DNA of 64,000 nt, taken from positions 124,001 through 188,000 of the forward strand of contig NW_021832125.1 of assembly GCF_006345805.1 (NCBI RefSeq), given 5' to 3'. Of the stretch, positions 47,701 to 60,082 are shown in pieces. Both the position numbers and the translations under genes were made by a program. Numbering within the stretch: position 1 is the first letter of the stretch; each line of letters begins with the position of its first letter. This stretch comes from Octopus sinensis. Its lineage: Eukaryota. The notes beneath the pieces are model-generated. The model made no database searches. It was not told the origin of the DNA and saw nothing but the letters and a program-made list of their open reading frames with translations.

Positions 47701-48190
47701 AAAATCGGGGAACCCAGAATCTTGAGATTTCTGGGCGAGGTGACATGGATGTTGGGAAGTAATGACTCGATAGAACCATGGGCAACAGAGAAACGGTGGA
47801 CATCATAACTGATGTTAAAGATTTCAGATTTTTGGGGATTGATTTCGAGGCCAATTGCGTTTAATGCAGGAATTAAAACTCTCAGGTCGTCAAGACGGAT
47901 TCGAGAGTACCTCCGATAGTGGCATCGTCCAAATACCACGCATTGAAAAGGGAGGATACACTTATGGCAACGGGATCGATTGCAAGGGCAAAGAGAAGAG
48001 GACCGAGAGGGTCGCCTTGTTGGACACCGTTGCAGGACGAGATTGAGTGATCGCCAGCGATAACAAAGCTGGGGCGACCGTAGGCCAAAGCGACCAGGCG
48101 GACAATAAAAGGTGAACGCCGGATAATAGATTCAAATATTACCTCCCGACGAACACTGTTAAAGGCGTTAATCAGGTCCAGCTTGACTAT
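44760..48190 (-). mobile_element. CRE fragment (RT and post-RT region) split by a hAT
   Basis: VKLDLINAF, NGVQQGDPLGPLLFALAI and WYLDDATIGG; RLDCLL/AVSQSYSGA rejoins across the hAT TSD. Confidence 0.88.
44845..47147 (+). mobile_element. Complete Buster/ZBED8-like hAT; spliced 600-aa transposase frame (45143-47003) with one nonsense codon
   Basis: TIRs CAGTGGTTCTTAACC / GGTTGAGAACCACTG; perfect TSD CAATAAAC; introns 45635-45662 and 46415-46444; in-frame TAA at 46302-46304 (MDS*WLSKIAY). Confidence 0.92.
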
Positions 48191-48267
48191 ACCATTTTCA
48201 AGTCAATTTGTCAATAACAAACTTCAAATGTCGTCTGAAAAATCAATTTGTCAATAACAAACTTAAA

Positions 48268-48655
48268 ATTTTTTTTTTAACTAAAAAGTTTGTTCAATCT
48301 AAAAGTAAAAAGATAGCTAAGCTAATTAAAGGCCTCACGAGACACCCGGCCAGCCTCGCGAATGGCGAAGCCGTTCCTTCGGATCACAGCAATCGATAAA
48401 CGTTCCAGGAGCCAAGAATACTCTCTTAGATCGTGGCTAGTCCTTGAAATCCGTCGGCCGAGCGAGCGAAGGAAGCGGAGTGTCTTGGGGCCGAAGATCC
48501 CGGAGGACTCCACGGCAATTGGAGTAAAGAACAGCGAGTTGGAGAGGTGGCCGTACTTGAGAATCTTTCGCTCCTCGGCCTGCCTCGAAGCGTGCCCAGG
48601 ATAGGCGGCGGACAGAGCGAAATTTCCCAGCGAGAACGTGTCCGAACAGGTATAC
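48268..48655 (-). mobile_element. Short 5'-truncated CRE 3' end with poly(A)
   Basis: YTCSDTF, KILKY, PIAVESSGIFG and WLLERLSIAVIRRNG; A tail at about 48268-48277. Confidence 0.85.
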
Positions 48656-48733
48656 GATTTTCAAGTCGATTTGTCAATTATGAACCCCAAATTTACAATT
48701 ACAAACTTCAAATATCATCTGGATAATTCAATT

Positions 48734-49237
48734 CTTTTTTTTAATGAAACAAGTATTTAATTACAAGTTAATTAATTAAAAGCTTCATGGGCGGGAAGCC
48801 GACGCGATCGAGAAAGAATTAGAGCGTACTATCGCAAGGGATATCCGCTCGAAAAACCATCTCGATTCGCGGGCGTCGCCTGTGATAGCAGACATGCGGG
48901 ACCCGATCTCTTGAACGAAGCTGATTGCCTTACTGCCCAAGAAACCGGAAGTCTCAACCGCGAATGGAAGGAATTGGAACTTCTCCGTAAGTGAGGAGTA
49001 CTTCCGCATCTTTTTGCATTCCGCGATTGTGACAATAGATGCAGGAGCGGAGGCGGACATCAGCAGGTTCTGAGGCGAGAAAGAGTCCACACACGTGGCA
49101 TCCCAGGTGAGAGGCTTCCCCCTGTTAAAAAGAAACACGGTTATCCCGTCAGGCCTTTTTCCGTCCCCCCGATCGATCCCAGAGGGTTCAAGCAGGGAGG
49201 GGATTCCGGCTACTTCCAGGGCTATCAGGATAAGGTC
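48734..49237 (-). mobile_element. 5'-truncated CRE 3' end (RLE domain) with poly(A), abutting the satellite
   Basis: KRPDG, WDATCVD, KKMRKY, FAVETSG and ERISLAIVR; A tail at about 48734-48742. Confidence 0.88.
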
Positions 49238-52214
49238 GTGAGCATATGTGGGTACTTGAGATGTGAGCATATGTGGGTACTTGAGATTATACAATAAATT
49301 GCGTAATATTTTATGCAATTTTGGGAGGTCCCTAAATGTGAGCATATGGGGGTTCTTGAGATTATGCAATAAAATACGTAATATTTTATACAATTTTGGG
49401 AGCTCCCTAGATGTGAGGATATGGGGGTACTTGAAATTATGCAATAAATTGCGTAATATATTATGCAATATTGGGAGGTCCCTAGATGTGTACATATGCG
49501 GGTACTTGAGATTATGCAATAAATTACGTAAAATATTATGCAATTTTAGGAGCTCCCTAGATGTGTACATATGCGGGTACTTGAGATGTGCAATAAATTA
49601 CGTAAAATATTATGCAATTTTAGGAGCTCCCTAGATGTGTGCATATAAGGGTACTTGAAATTATGCAATAAATTGCGTAATATATTATGCAATTTTGGGA
49701 GCTCCCTAGATGTGTACATATGCGGGTACTTGAGATGTGCAATAAATTACGTAAAATATTATGCAATTTTAGGAGCTTCCTAGATGTGTGCATATAGGGA
49801 TACTTGAAATTATGCAATAAATTGCGTAATATATTATGCAATTTTGGGAGCTCCCTAGATGTGTGCATATAGGGGTACTCGAAGTTATGGAATAAATTGC
49901 GTAATATTTTATGCAATTTTGGGAGCTCTTTAGATGTGACCATATGTGGGTACTTGAGATTATGTAATAAATTGTGTAATATATTATGCAATTTTGGGAT
50001 GTCCCTAAATGTGAGCATATGGGGGTACTTGAGATTATGCAATAAATTACGTAATATTTTATGCAATTTTGGGAGCTCCCTAGATGTGAGGATATGGGGG
50101 TACTTGAGATTATGCAATAAATTGCGTAATATATTATGCAATTTTGGGAGCTCCCTAGATGTGTGCATATAGGGGTACTTGAGATTATACAATAAATTGC
50201 GTAATATTTTATGCAATTTTGGGAGCTCCCTAGATGTGAGGATATGGGGGTACTTGAGATTATGTAATAAATTGCGTAATATATTATGCAATTTTAGATA
50301 GGAGTTCCCTAGATGTGTGCATATTGGGGTACTTGAGATTATGTAATAAATTGCGTAATATATTATGCAATTTTGGGAGCTCCCCAGATGTGTACATATG
50401 CGGGTATTTGAGATGTGCAATAAATTACGTAAAATATTATGCAATTTTAGGAGCTCCACAGATGTGAGGATATGCGGGCACTTGAGATTATAAAATAAAT
50501 TGCGTAATATTTTATGCAATTTTGGGAGCTCCTTAGATGTGAGGATATGGGGGTACTTGAGATTATGTAATAAATTGCGTAATTTATTATGCAATTTTGG
50601 GAGGTCTTTAAATGTGAGCATATGTGGCTACTTGAGATTATGTAATAAATTGCGTAATATATTATGCATTTTGGGATGTCCCTAAATGTGAGCATATGGG
50701 GGTACTTGAGATTATGCAATAAATTACGTAATATTTTATACAATTTTGGGAGCTCCACAGATGTGAGGATATGCGGGTACTTGAGATTATGCAATAAATT
50801 GCGTAATATATTATGCAATTTTAGGAGCTCCCTAGATGTGTGCATATAGGGGTACTTGAAATTATGCAATAAATTGCGTAATATATTATGCAATTTTGGG
50901 AGCTCCCTAGATGTGTGCATATAGGGGTACTTGAAAGTATACAATAAATTGCGTAATATTTTATGCAATTTTGGGAGCTCCTTAGATGTGAGAATATGGG
51001 GGTACTTGAGATTATGTAATAAATTGCGTAATATATTATGCAATTTTGGGAGCTCCTTAGATCTGAGGATATGGGGGTACTTGAGATTATGTAATAAATT
51101 GCGTAATTTATTATGCAATTTTGGGAGGTCTTTAAATGTGAGCATATGGGGGTACTTGAGATTATGCAATAAATTACGTAATATTTTATACAATTTTGGG
51201 AGCTCCTTAGATGTGAGGATATGGGGGTACTTGAGATTATGTAATAAATTGCGTAATTTATTATGCAATTTTGGGAGGACCCTAAATGTGAGCATATGGG
51301 GGTACTTGAGATTATGCAATAAATTACGTAATATATTATACAATTTTGGGAGCTCCCTAGATGTGATGATATAAGGGTACTTAAGATTATACAAAAAATT
51401 GCGTAATATATTATGCAATATTGGGAGTTCCCTAGATGTGTACATATGCGGGTACTTGAGATTATGCAATAAATTACGTAAAATATTATGCAATTTTAGG
51501 AGCTCCCTAGATGTGTACATATGCAGGTACTTGAGATTATGCAATAAATTACGTAATATTTTATACAATTTTGGGAGCTCCCGAGATGTGAGGAAATGGG
51601 GGTATTTTAGATTATGCAATAAATTGCGTAATATATTATGCAATTTTAGGAGCTCCCTAGATGTGTACATATGCGGGTACTTGAAATTATGCAATAAATT
51701 GCGTAATATATTATGCAATTTTGGGAGCTCCCTAGATGTGTGCATATAGGGGTACTTGAAAGTATACAATAAATTGCGTAATATTTTATGCAATTTTGGG
51801 AGCTCCTTAGATGTGAGAATATGGGGGTACTTGAGATTATGTAATAAATTGCGTAATATATTATGCAATTTTGGGAGCTCCTTAGATCTGAGGATATGGG
51901 GGTACTTGAGATTATGTAATAAATTGCGTAATTTATTATGCAATTTTGGGAGGTCTTTAAATGTGAGCATATGGGGGTACTTGAGATTATGCAATAAATT
52001 ACGTAATATTTTATACAATTTTGGGAGCTCCACAGATGTGAGGATATGCGCGTACTTGAGATTATGCAATAAATTGCGTAATATATTATGCAATTTTAGG
52101 AGTTCCCTAGATGTGTGCATATTGGGGTACTTGATGTTATGCAATAAATTGCGTAATATATTATGCAATTTTGGGAGCTCCCTAGATGTGTGCATATAGG
52201 GGTACTTTAAAGTA

Positions 52215-53652
52215 CAGTAAAACCTCTGGTGCTCGCCATTTTTGGGACCGAAGAAAAAATGGCGAGCAATAGAATTTGGCGAGCAATGGAAATAATCAAT
52301 AAATTTTTTGACTTTGAAATTTTGAAAACATCTCGGTTTTCGATACTTTCCTAAGTGAGCCTTCCAAGTCATATTTGAGCAAAGAAACGAGAATCGAAAG
52401 AAATTAAAAAGAAAAAATTAACTAAAAATTATCAATTTCAACAGTTGGTCTTTCGAGTTGATTTTCACATTCGATCCATTTTAAATGTCCGAAACAATTT
52501 GTACTTGTTTTGGTCGCTACTTTTTTCCAGGCAAAATATGCAAAAAGAAGACCGTATTTTAATGTTAATTTTGTATGAGCTTCCAGTGGATTTTCCCCAT
52601 TTTCAATTTTTTCTAACATAAACTCAAATTTAAGTTTATTAAAATGTCCTTTGAAGGATCTAATGATTCCTTGATCCATTGGTTGTAGAATTGTTGTAGT
52701 CTTCGAAGGTAGGTAAAGAACTTCAATTGACTTTAAATAAGCGTAAAGTTTATGGGATGGGCATCGATCCACAACTAAAAGAATTTTGTGTTTTTTTAGA
52801 TGCCTATCCCATGTTAAAAGCCATTTGTTAAAAATTTTACTTGTCATCCATGCTTTTGGTGAATGACAGTAATCGACAAAATTTTCGACTTTAAAATTTT
52901 TAAAGCAGCGAGGTTTCTGGAACTTTCCAATCATAAGTGGAATTTTTTTGTTTGTCCCAGTCATATTTGAGCATAGCAACACAGAAAATCTAAAAAAATA
53001 AATAAAAATTAAACCGTTCTTTAAGGATTTTATGTCCATATCGAACCTTCTGACAAACACTTTTTGACTGGATAGATTTGTAAAAAAATCCCAGTTTCAT
53101 CGGCGTTATAAATGTTTTCAGCATTATATTGTTGAATCTTTGCAGAGATCAATTTCTTGTTTCTGATCAACTGCAGCTCAATGTATTCCATCCAAGTTAA
53201 TAGTTCGGTATCAATAACACAATAAGTTAAGTTAGATAATCTCTTCTTATTGGAGAAAATAGGATCAGTAGACATTATTTTCTCTTTTCCAAGTCTAAAA
53301 TCGTTTACAGCCCTTCAAAATATTTTTTTCTTCAAAACAGAAGAAAAAATGTAAGCTATACGGTCCATCGTGAGATTTTTGTTCGCTTTCATGTACGCAA
53401 TAATGCGACGTTTTTCATTAAAAGACAATCTTGTGCTCTTACGCATGTTGAATTTAGCATGGTTGAAATATTTTATATAAAAAATAGTTTAACCAAAAAA
53501 AATATTTTAAAAAATTAAAGGCGAGATTTAGAAAATGGCGAGCAATAGAATATTTATCAAAATTTACTAGAAATTTTTAATTTTTTGGAAAATATGTGGC
53601 GAGCAATAGAGGTGGCGAGTAACAGAGGTGGCGAGCACCAGAGGTTTTACTG
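52215..53652 (-). mobile_element. Internally deleted pogo/Tigger transposon inserted in the satellite
   Basis: TIRs CAGTAAAACCTCTGGTGCTCGCCA; TA TSD within the satellite motif AAAGTATACAAT; NADETG, DRCPSH and QPMDQGII motifs; a 25-nt GT-AG intron near 52990-53014. Confidence 0.92.
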
Positions 53653-56600
53653 TATACAATAAATTGCGTAATATTTTATGCAATTTTGGGAGTTCCTTGA
53701 ATGTGAGAATATGGGGGTACTTGAGATTATGTAATAAATTGCGTAATATATTATGCAAATTTGGGAGGTCCCTAAATGTGAGCATATGGGGGTACTTGAG
53801 ATTATGCAATAAATTACGTAATATTTTATACATTTTTGGGAGCTCCCGAGATGTGAGGAAATGGGGGTATTTTAGATTATGCAATAAATTGTGTAATATA
53901 TTATGCAATTTTAGGAGTTCCCTAGATGTGTGCATATAGGGGTACTTGAGATTATGCAATAAATTACGTAAAATATTATGCAATTTTAGGAGCTCTTTAG
54001 ATGTGTGCATATAGGGGTACTTGAAAGTATACAATAAATTGCGTAATATTTTATGCAATTTTGGGAGCTCCTTAGATGTGAGAATATGGGGGTACTTGAG
54101 ATTATGTAATAAATTGCGTAATATATTATGCAATTTTGGGAGGTCCCTAAATGTGAGCATATGAGGATACTTGAGATTATGCAATAAATTACGTAATATT
54201 TTATGCAATTTTGGAATGTCCCTAAATGTGAGCATATGGGGGTACTTGAGATTTTGCAATAAATTACGTAATATTTTATGCAATTTTGGAATGTCCCTAA
54301 ATGTGAGCATATGGGGTTACTTGAGATTATGTTATAAATAGCATAATATATTATGCAACTTTGGGAGCTCCTTAGATGTGAGCATATGGGGTTACTTGAG
54401 ATTATGTTATAAATAGCATAATATATTATGCAACTTTGGGAGCTCCTTAGATGTGAGGAAATGGGGGTATTTTAGATTATGCAATAAATTGTGTAATATA
54501 TTATGCAATTTTAGGAGTTCCCTAGATGTGTGCATATAGGGGTACTTGAAGTTATGCAATAAATTGCGTAATATATTATGCATTTTTGGGAGGTCCCTAA
54601 ATGTGAGCATATGGGGGTACTTGAGATTATGCAATAAATTACGTAAAATATTATGCAATTTTAGGAGCTCTTTAGATGTGTGCATATAGGGGTACTTGAA
54701 AGTATACAATAAATTGCGTAATATTTTATGCAATTTTGGAGCTCCTCGATGTGAGATATGGGGGTACTTGAGATTATGTAATAAATTGCGTAATATATTA
54801 TGCAATTTTGGGAGGTCCCTAAATGTGAGCATATGAGGATACTTGAGATTATGCAATAAATTACGTAATATTTTATGCAATTTTGGAATGTCCCTAAATG
54901 TGAGCATATGGGGGTACTTGAGATTTTGCAATAAATTACGTAATATTTTATGCAATTTTGGAATGTCCCTAAATGTGAGCATATGGGGTTACTTGAGATT
55001 ATGTTATAAATAGCATAATATATTATGCAACTTTGGAAGCTCCCTAGATGTGTGCATATAGGGGTACTTGAGATTATGCAATAAATTACGTAATATTTTA
55101 TACAATTTTAGGAGCTCCCGAGATGTGAGAAATGGGGGTATTTGAGATTATGCAAATAAATTGTGTATATATTATGCAATTTTAGGAGTTCCCTAGATGT
55201 GTTGCATATAGGGGTACTTGAAGTTATGCAATAAATTGCCTAATATATTATGCAATTTTGGGAGGTCACTAGATGTGAGCATATGGGGGTACTTGAGATT
55301 ATGCAAAATTACGTAATTTTATACAATTTTGGGAGCTCCCTGGATGTGAGCATAGCGGGTTACTTTAGATTATGTATAAATAAGTAGCGTAATATTTTAT
55401 GCAATTTTGGGAGCTCTTTAGATGTGAGGATATGGGGGTACTTGAGATTATGTAATAAATTGCGTAATATTTTAGGGAATTTTGTTGAGGTCTTTAAATG
55501 TGACATATGTGGGTACTTGAGTATTGAAATAAATTGCGTAATATTTTATGCAATTTGGGAGCTCTTTAGATGTCGACTATATGTGGCTAATGAGATTATG
55601 TAATAAATGCGTAATATATTATGCATTTGGGAGTCCACAGATGTGAGGATATGCGGGTACTTGAGATTATGCAATAAATTGCGTAATATATATGCAATTT
55701 TGGAGCTCCCTAGATGTGTGCATATGGGGGGTACTTGAGATTATGCAATAAATTACGTAATATTTTATACAATTGGGAGCTCCACAGATGTTGAGGATGC
55801 GGGTACTTGAGATTACATGTGGGGATATGGAGGGTACTTGGACTATGTATTTGAGATGTGCAATAATTACGAAAATATATGTACAATTTGGAGTTCATTA
55901 GATGTGTGCATTTAGGGGTACTTTGAAGTTATGCAATTAAAATTGGTAATATATTATCAAGTTTGGATGGTCCCTAAATGTGAGCATATGGGGGGTACTT
56001 GAGATTATGCAATAAGTTAACGTAATATTTTATACAATTGGGAGCTCCTGGATGTGAGCCTATGCGGGTATTGAGATTATTGGAGCAATAAATTACGTAA
56101 TATTTATATACAATTTTAGGAGCTCCCGAGATGTGAGGAAATGGGGGTTATTTTAGATTATGCAATAAATTACGTAATTATTTATACAATTTTGGAGACT
56201 CCCTAGATGTGTGCATATAGGGGTACTAAAAGTATACACATAAATGCGTAATTATTTTGTTGCAATTTGGAAGCTCATTAGATGTGAAGAATATGGGTGT
56301 ACTTGAGATTAGTAATAAAGTTACGTAAAAGTATTATGCAATTTTAGGAGCTCCCTAGATGTGTGCATATGGGGTACTTGAAAGTATACAATAAATTGCG
56401 TAATATTTAATGCAATTTGGGAGCTCCTTAAATGTGAGAAGATATGGGGGTACTTGAGATTATGTAATAAATTGCGTAATATATTATGCAATTTGGGAGC
56501 TCCTAAGATGTGAGCATATGGGGGTACTTGAGATGATGTATAAAATTCGCGGGTAATATTTTATGCAATTTGGGCTCCTTAGATGTGAGGGAGGATATGG

Positions 56601-58652
56601 GGGTACTTGAGATTATGTAATAAATTGCGTAATTTATTAGGCAATTGGGAGGTCCTAATGTGAGCATATGGGGGTACTTGAGATTATGCAATAAATTACG
56701 TAATATTTTATACAATTTTGGGAGCACCCTAGATGTGATGATATAAGGGTACTTGAGATTATACAAAAAATTGCGTAATATATTATGCAAATTGGGAGTT
56801 CTCTAGATGTTGACATATGCGAGGTACTTGAGATTATGAAATAAATAGTATATTTTATACAAATTTGGAGCTCCACAGATGTGAGGATATTGCGGTACTG
56901 AGATTACATTGAGGATTATATGCGAGTGAGGGTACTTGAGATTAGGTATTGAGATGTGCAATAAATTAGCGTAAAATATTATGCAATTTTAGAGTTCCTA
57001 GATGTGGAATATAGGAGGGTACTTGAAGGTTATGCAATAAATTGCGTAATATTATGCAATTTTGGGAGGTCCCAAATGTGAGCATATATGGGGGTACTTG
57101 AGATTATGCAATAAAATTACGTAATTATTTATGCAATTTGGGAGCTCCCTAGATGTGAGCATATGCGGGTATACTTGCATTATGCAAAAATTACGTAATA
57201 TTTATACATTTTAGGAAGGTCTCCCGAGATGTGAGGATAAATGGGGGTATTTTAGATTATGCAATAAATTACGTAATATTTTATAACAATTTTGGGAGCT
57301 CCCTAGATGTGTGCATATAGGGGTACTTGAAGTATACAATAAATTGCGTAATATTTGTGCAATTTTGGGACTCCTTAATGTGAGAATATGGGATTTGGGT
57401 GTACTTGAGATTATGTAATAAATTGCGTAATATATTATGCAATTTTGGAGGTCCCTAAATGTGAGGATATGGGGGTACTTGAGATTATGAAATAAATTGC
57501 GTAATTATTATGCAATTTTGGGAGGTCCCTAAATGTGAGCATATGGGGGTACTGAGAGTTATGCAATAAATTACGTAATATTTTTTGACAATTTTGGGAG
57601 CTCCCTGGATGTGAGCATATGGGGGCACCTTAGATTATAAAATTAATTGGTAATATTTTATGCAATTTGGGAGCTCCTTAGATGTGAGGATATGGGGGGC
57701 AAGTCTTAAATTAAATGTGATATAGGGGCACCTTAGATTATAAATAAATTGCGTAATATTTTATGCAATTTTGGGAGCTCCTAGATGTGAGTGGGGGATA
57801 TGGGGGGGTACTTGAGATTATGTAATAAATTGCGTAATATATTATGCAATTTTGGAGGAGGTCCCTAAATGTGAGCATATGAGGATTACTTGAGATTATG
57901 CAATAAATTACGTAATATTTTATGCATTTTGAATGGTCCCTAAATGTGAGCATATGGGGGTACTTGAGATTTTGCAATAATTACGTAATAATTTATGCAA
58001 TTTGGATCCTTAAAATGTGAGCATATGGTACTTGAGATATGTTATGTATTAAATAGCATAATATATTATGCAACTTGGGAGCTCCTTAAATGTGAGCATA
58101 TGGGGTACTTGAGATTATGTTATAAATAGCATATATATATGCAACTTTGGGGCTCCTTAGATGTGAGGAGGGAAATGGGGGTATTTTGATTATGCAATAA
58201 ATGTTGTAATATATTATGGCAATTTTAGGAGTCCCTAGATGTGTGCATATAGGGGTACTGAATTATGCAAATAAATTGCGTAATAATTATGCATTTTTGG
58301 GAGGTCCCTAAATGTGAGCTATGGGGGTACTTGAGATTATGCAATAAATACGTAAAATATTATGCAATTTTAGGAGTCCCCGATGGTACATATGCAGGTA
58401 CTTGAGATTATGCAATAAATTACGTCGTATATTTTATACAATTTTGGAGTCCCTAGATGTGAGGAAAATGGGGTATTTTAGATTATGCAATAATTGCGTA
58501 ATATATTATGCAATTTAGGAGTTCCCTAGATGTGTGCATATAGGGTACTTGAAGTTATGCATATAATTGCGTAATATATTATGCAATTTTGGGAGTTCCC
58601 TAGATGTGTGCATATGGGGTACTTGAAATTATGGAATAATAATTGCGTAATA

Positions 58653-60082
58653 CAGTAAAAACCTCTGGTGCTCGCCATTTTTGGGAGACCGAAGAAAAAA
58701 TGGCGAGCAATAGATGTTGGCGAGCATGGGAAATAATCAATAAATTTTTTGACTTGAAATTTTGAAAAAAACATCTCGGTTTTCGATACTTTCCTAAGTG
58801 AGCCTTCCAAGTCATATTTGAGCAAAAAAGAAACGAGAATCGAAAGAAATTAAAAAAGCAATTAACTAAAAATATTGCAATTTCAAAAACAGTTGGTCTT
58901 TCGAGTTGATTTTCACATTCGATCCATTTGAAATGTCCAAACAATATTGTACTGGTTTTGGTCGCTACTTTGTTCCAGGCAAAATATGCAAAAAAAGACC
59001 GTATTTTAATGTTAATTTGTATGAGCTTCCAGTGGATTTCCCCATTTTCAATTTTTTTCTAAATAAACTCAACTTAAGTTATAAAATGTCCTTTGAAGGA
59101 TCTAATGATTCCTTGATCCATTGGGTGTAGATGTTGTAGTCTCGAAGGTAGGTAAAGAACTTCAATTGACTTTAAAATAACGTAAAGTTTATGGGATGGG
59201 CATCGATCCACAACTAAAAGAATTTGGTTTTTTAGATCCTATCCATGTTAAAAGCCATTTGTTAAAAATTTTACTTGTAATCCAGCTTTGGGTGAATTAC
59301 AGTAATCGACAAAATTTTCGACTTTAAATTTTTAAAGCAGCGAGGTTTCTGGAACTTCCAATCATAAGTGGAATTTTTTAAGTTTGTCCCAGTCATATGT
59401 TTTTGAGCATAGCAACACAGAAATGTAAAAAAAAAATAAATAAAAATTTAAACCGTTCTTTTTTAAGGATTTTAGTCCATATCGAACCTTCTGACAAACA
59501 CTTTTGACTGGATTAGATTTGTAAAAAAATTCCCAGTTTCATCGACTGCGTTATAAATGTTTTCAGCATTATATTGTTGAATTTTGCAGAGATCAATTTT
59601 TGTTTCTGATCAACTGCAGTCAATGTATTTCCATCCAAGTAATAGTTCGGTTCGAATAACACATAAGTTAAGTTAGATAATCTCTCTTATTGGAGAGAAA
59701 TAGGATCAGTAGACAATATTTTCTCTTTTCCAAAGTCTAAAATCGTTTAAGCCCTTCAAAATATTTTTTTCTCAAAAAGAAGAAAAAATGTAAGCTATAC
59801 GGTCCATCGTGAGATTTTGTTCGCTTTCCATTACGCATAAATGCGACGTTTTCATTAAAAGACAATCTTGGCTCTACGCATGTTTAATTTATGTATGGTT
59901 GAAATTATTTTATATAAAAAATAGTTTAACCAAAAAAAATATTTTAAAAAATTAAATGGCGGATTTAGAAAATGGCGAGCATATGGGAATTTATCAAAAT
60001 TACTAGAAATTTTTAATTTTTTGGAAAATATGTGGCGAGCAATAGAGGTGCGAGTATGAGGTGGCGAGCAATTGAGTTTATG
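58653..60082 (-). mobile_element. Second, indel-rich copy of the same pogo
   Basis: Collinear with 52215-53652 but with many 1-2 nt indels and a degraded right TIR. Confidence 0.88.

Noticed and set aside
48785-49570. 261-aa ORF as a repeat-endonuclease fusion protein
   Set aside because: It is a chance in-frame junction between the satellite and a 5'-truncated CRE.
50447-52372. 641-aa ORF as a transposase-repeat fusion
   Set aside because: It reads from the pogo terminal region through the TIR into satellite and has no real start context.
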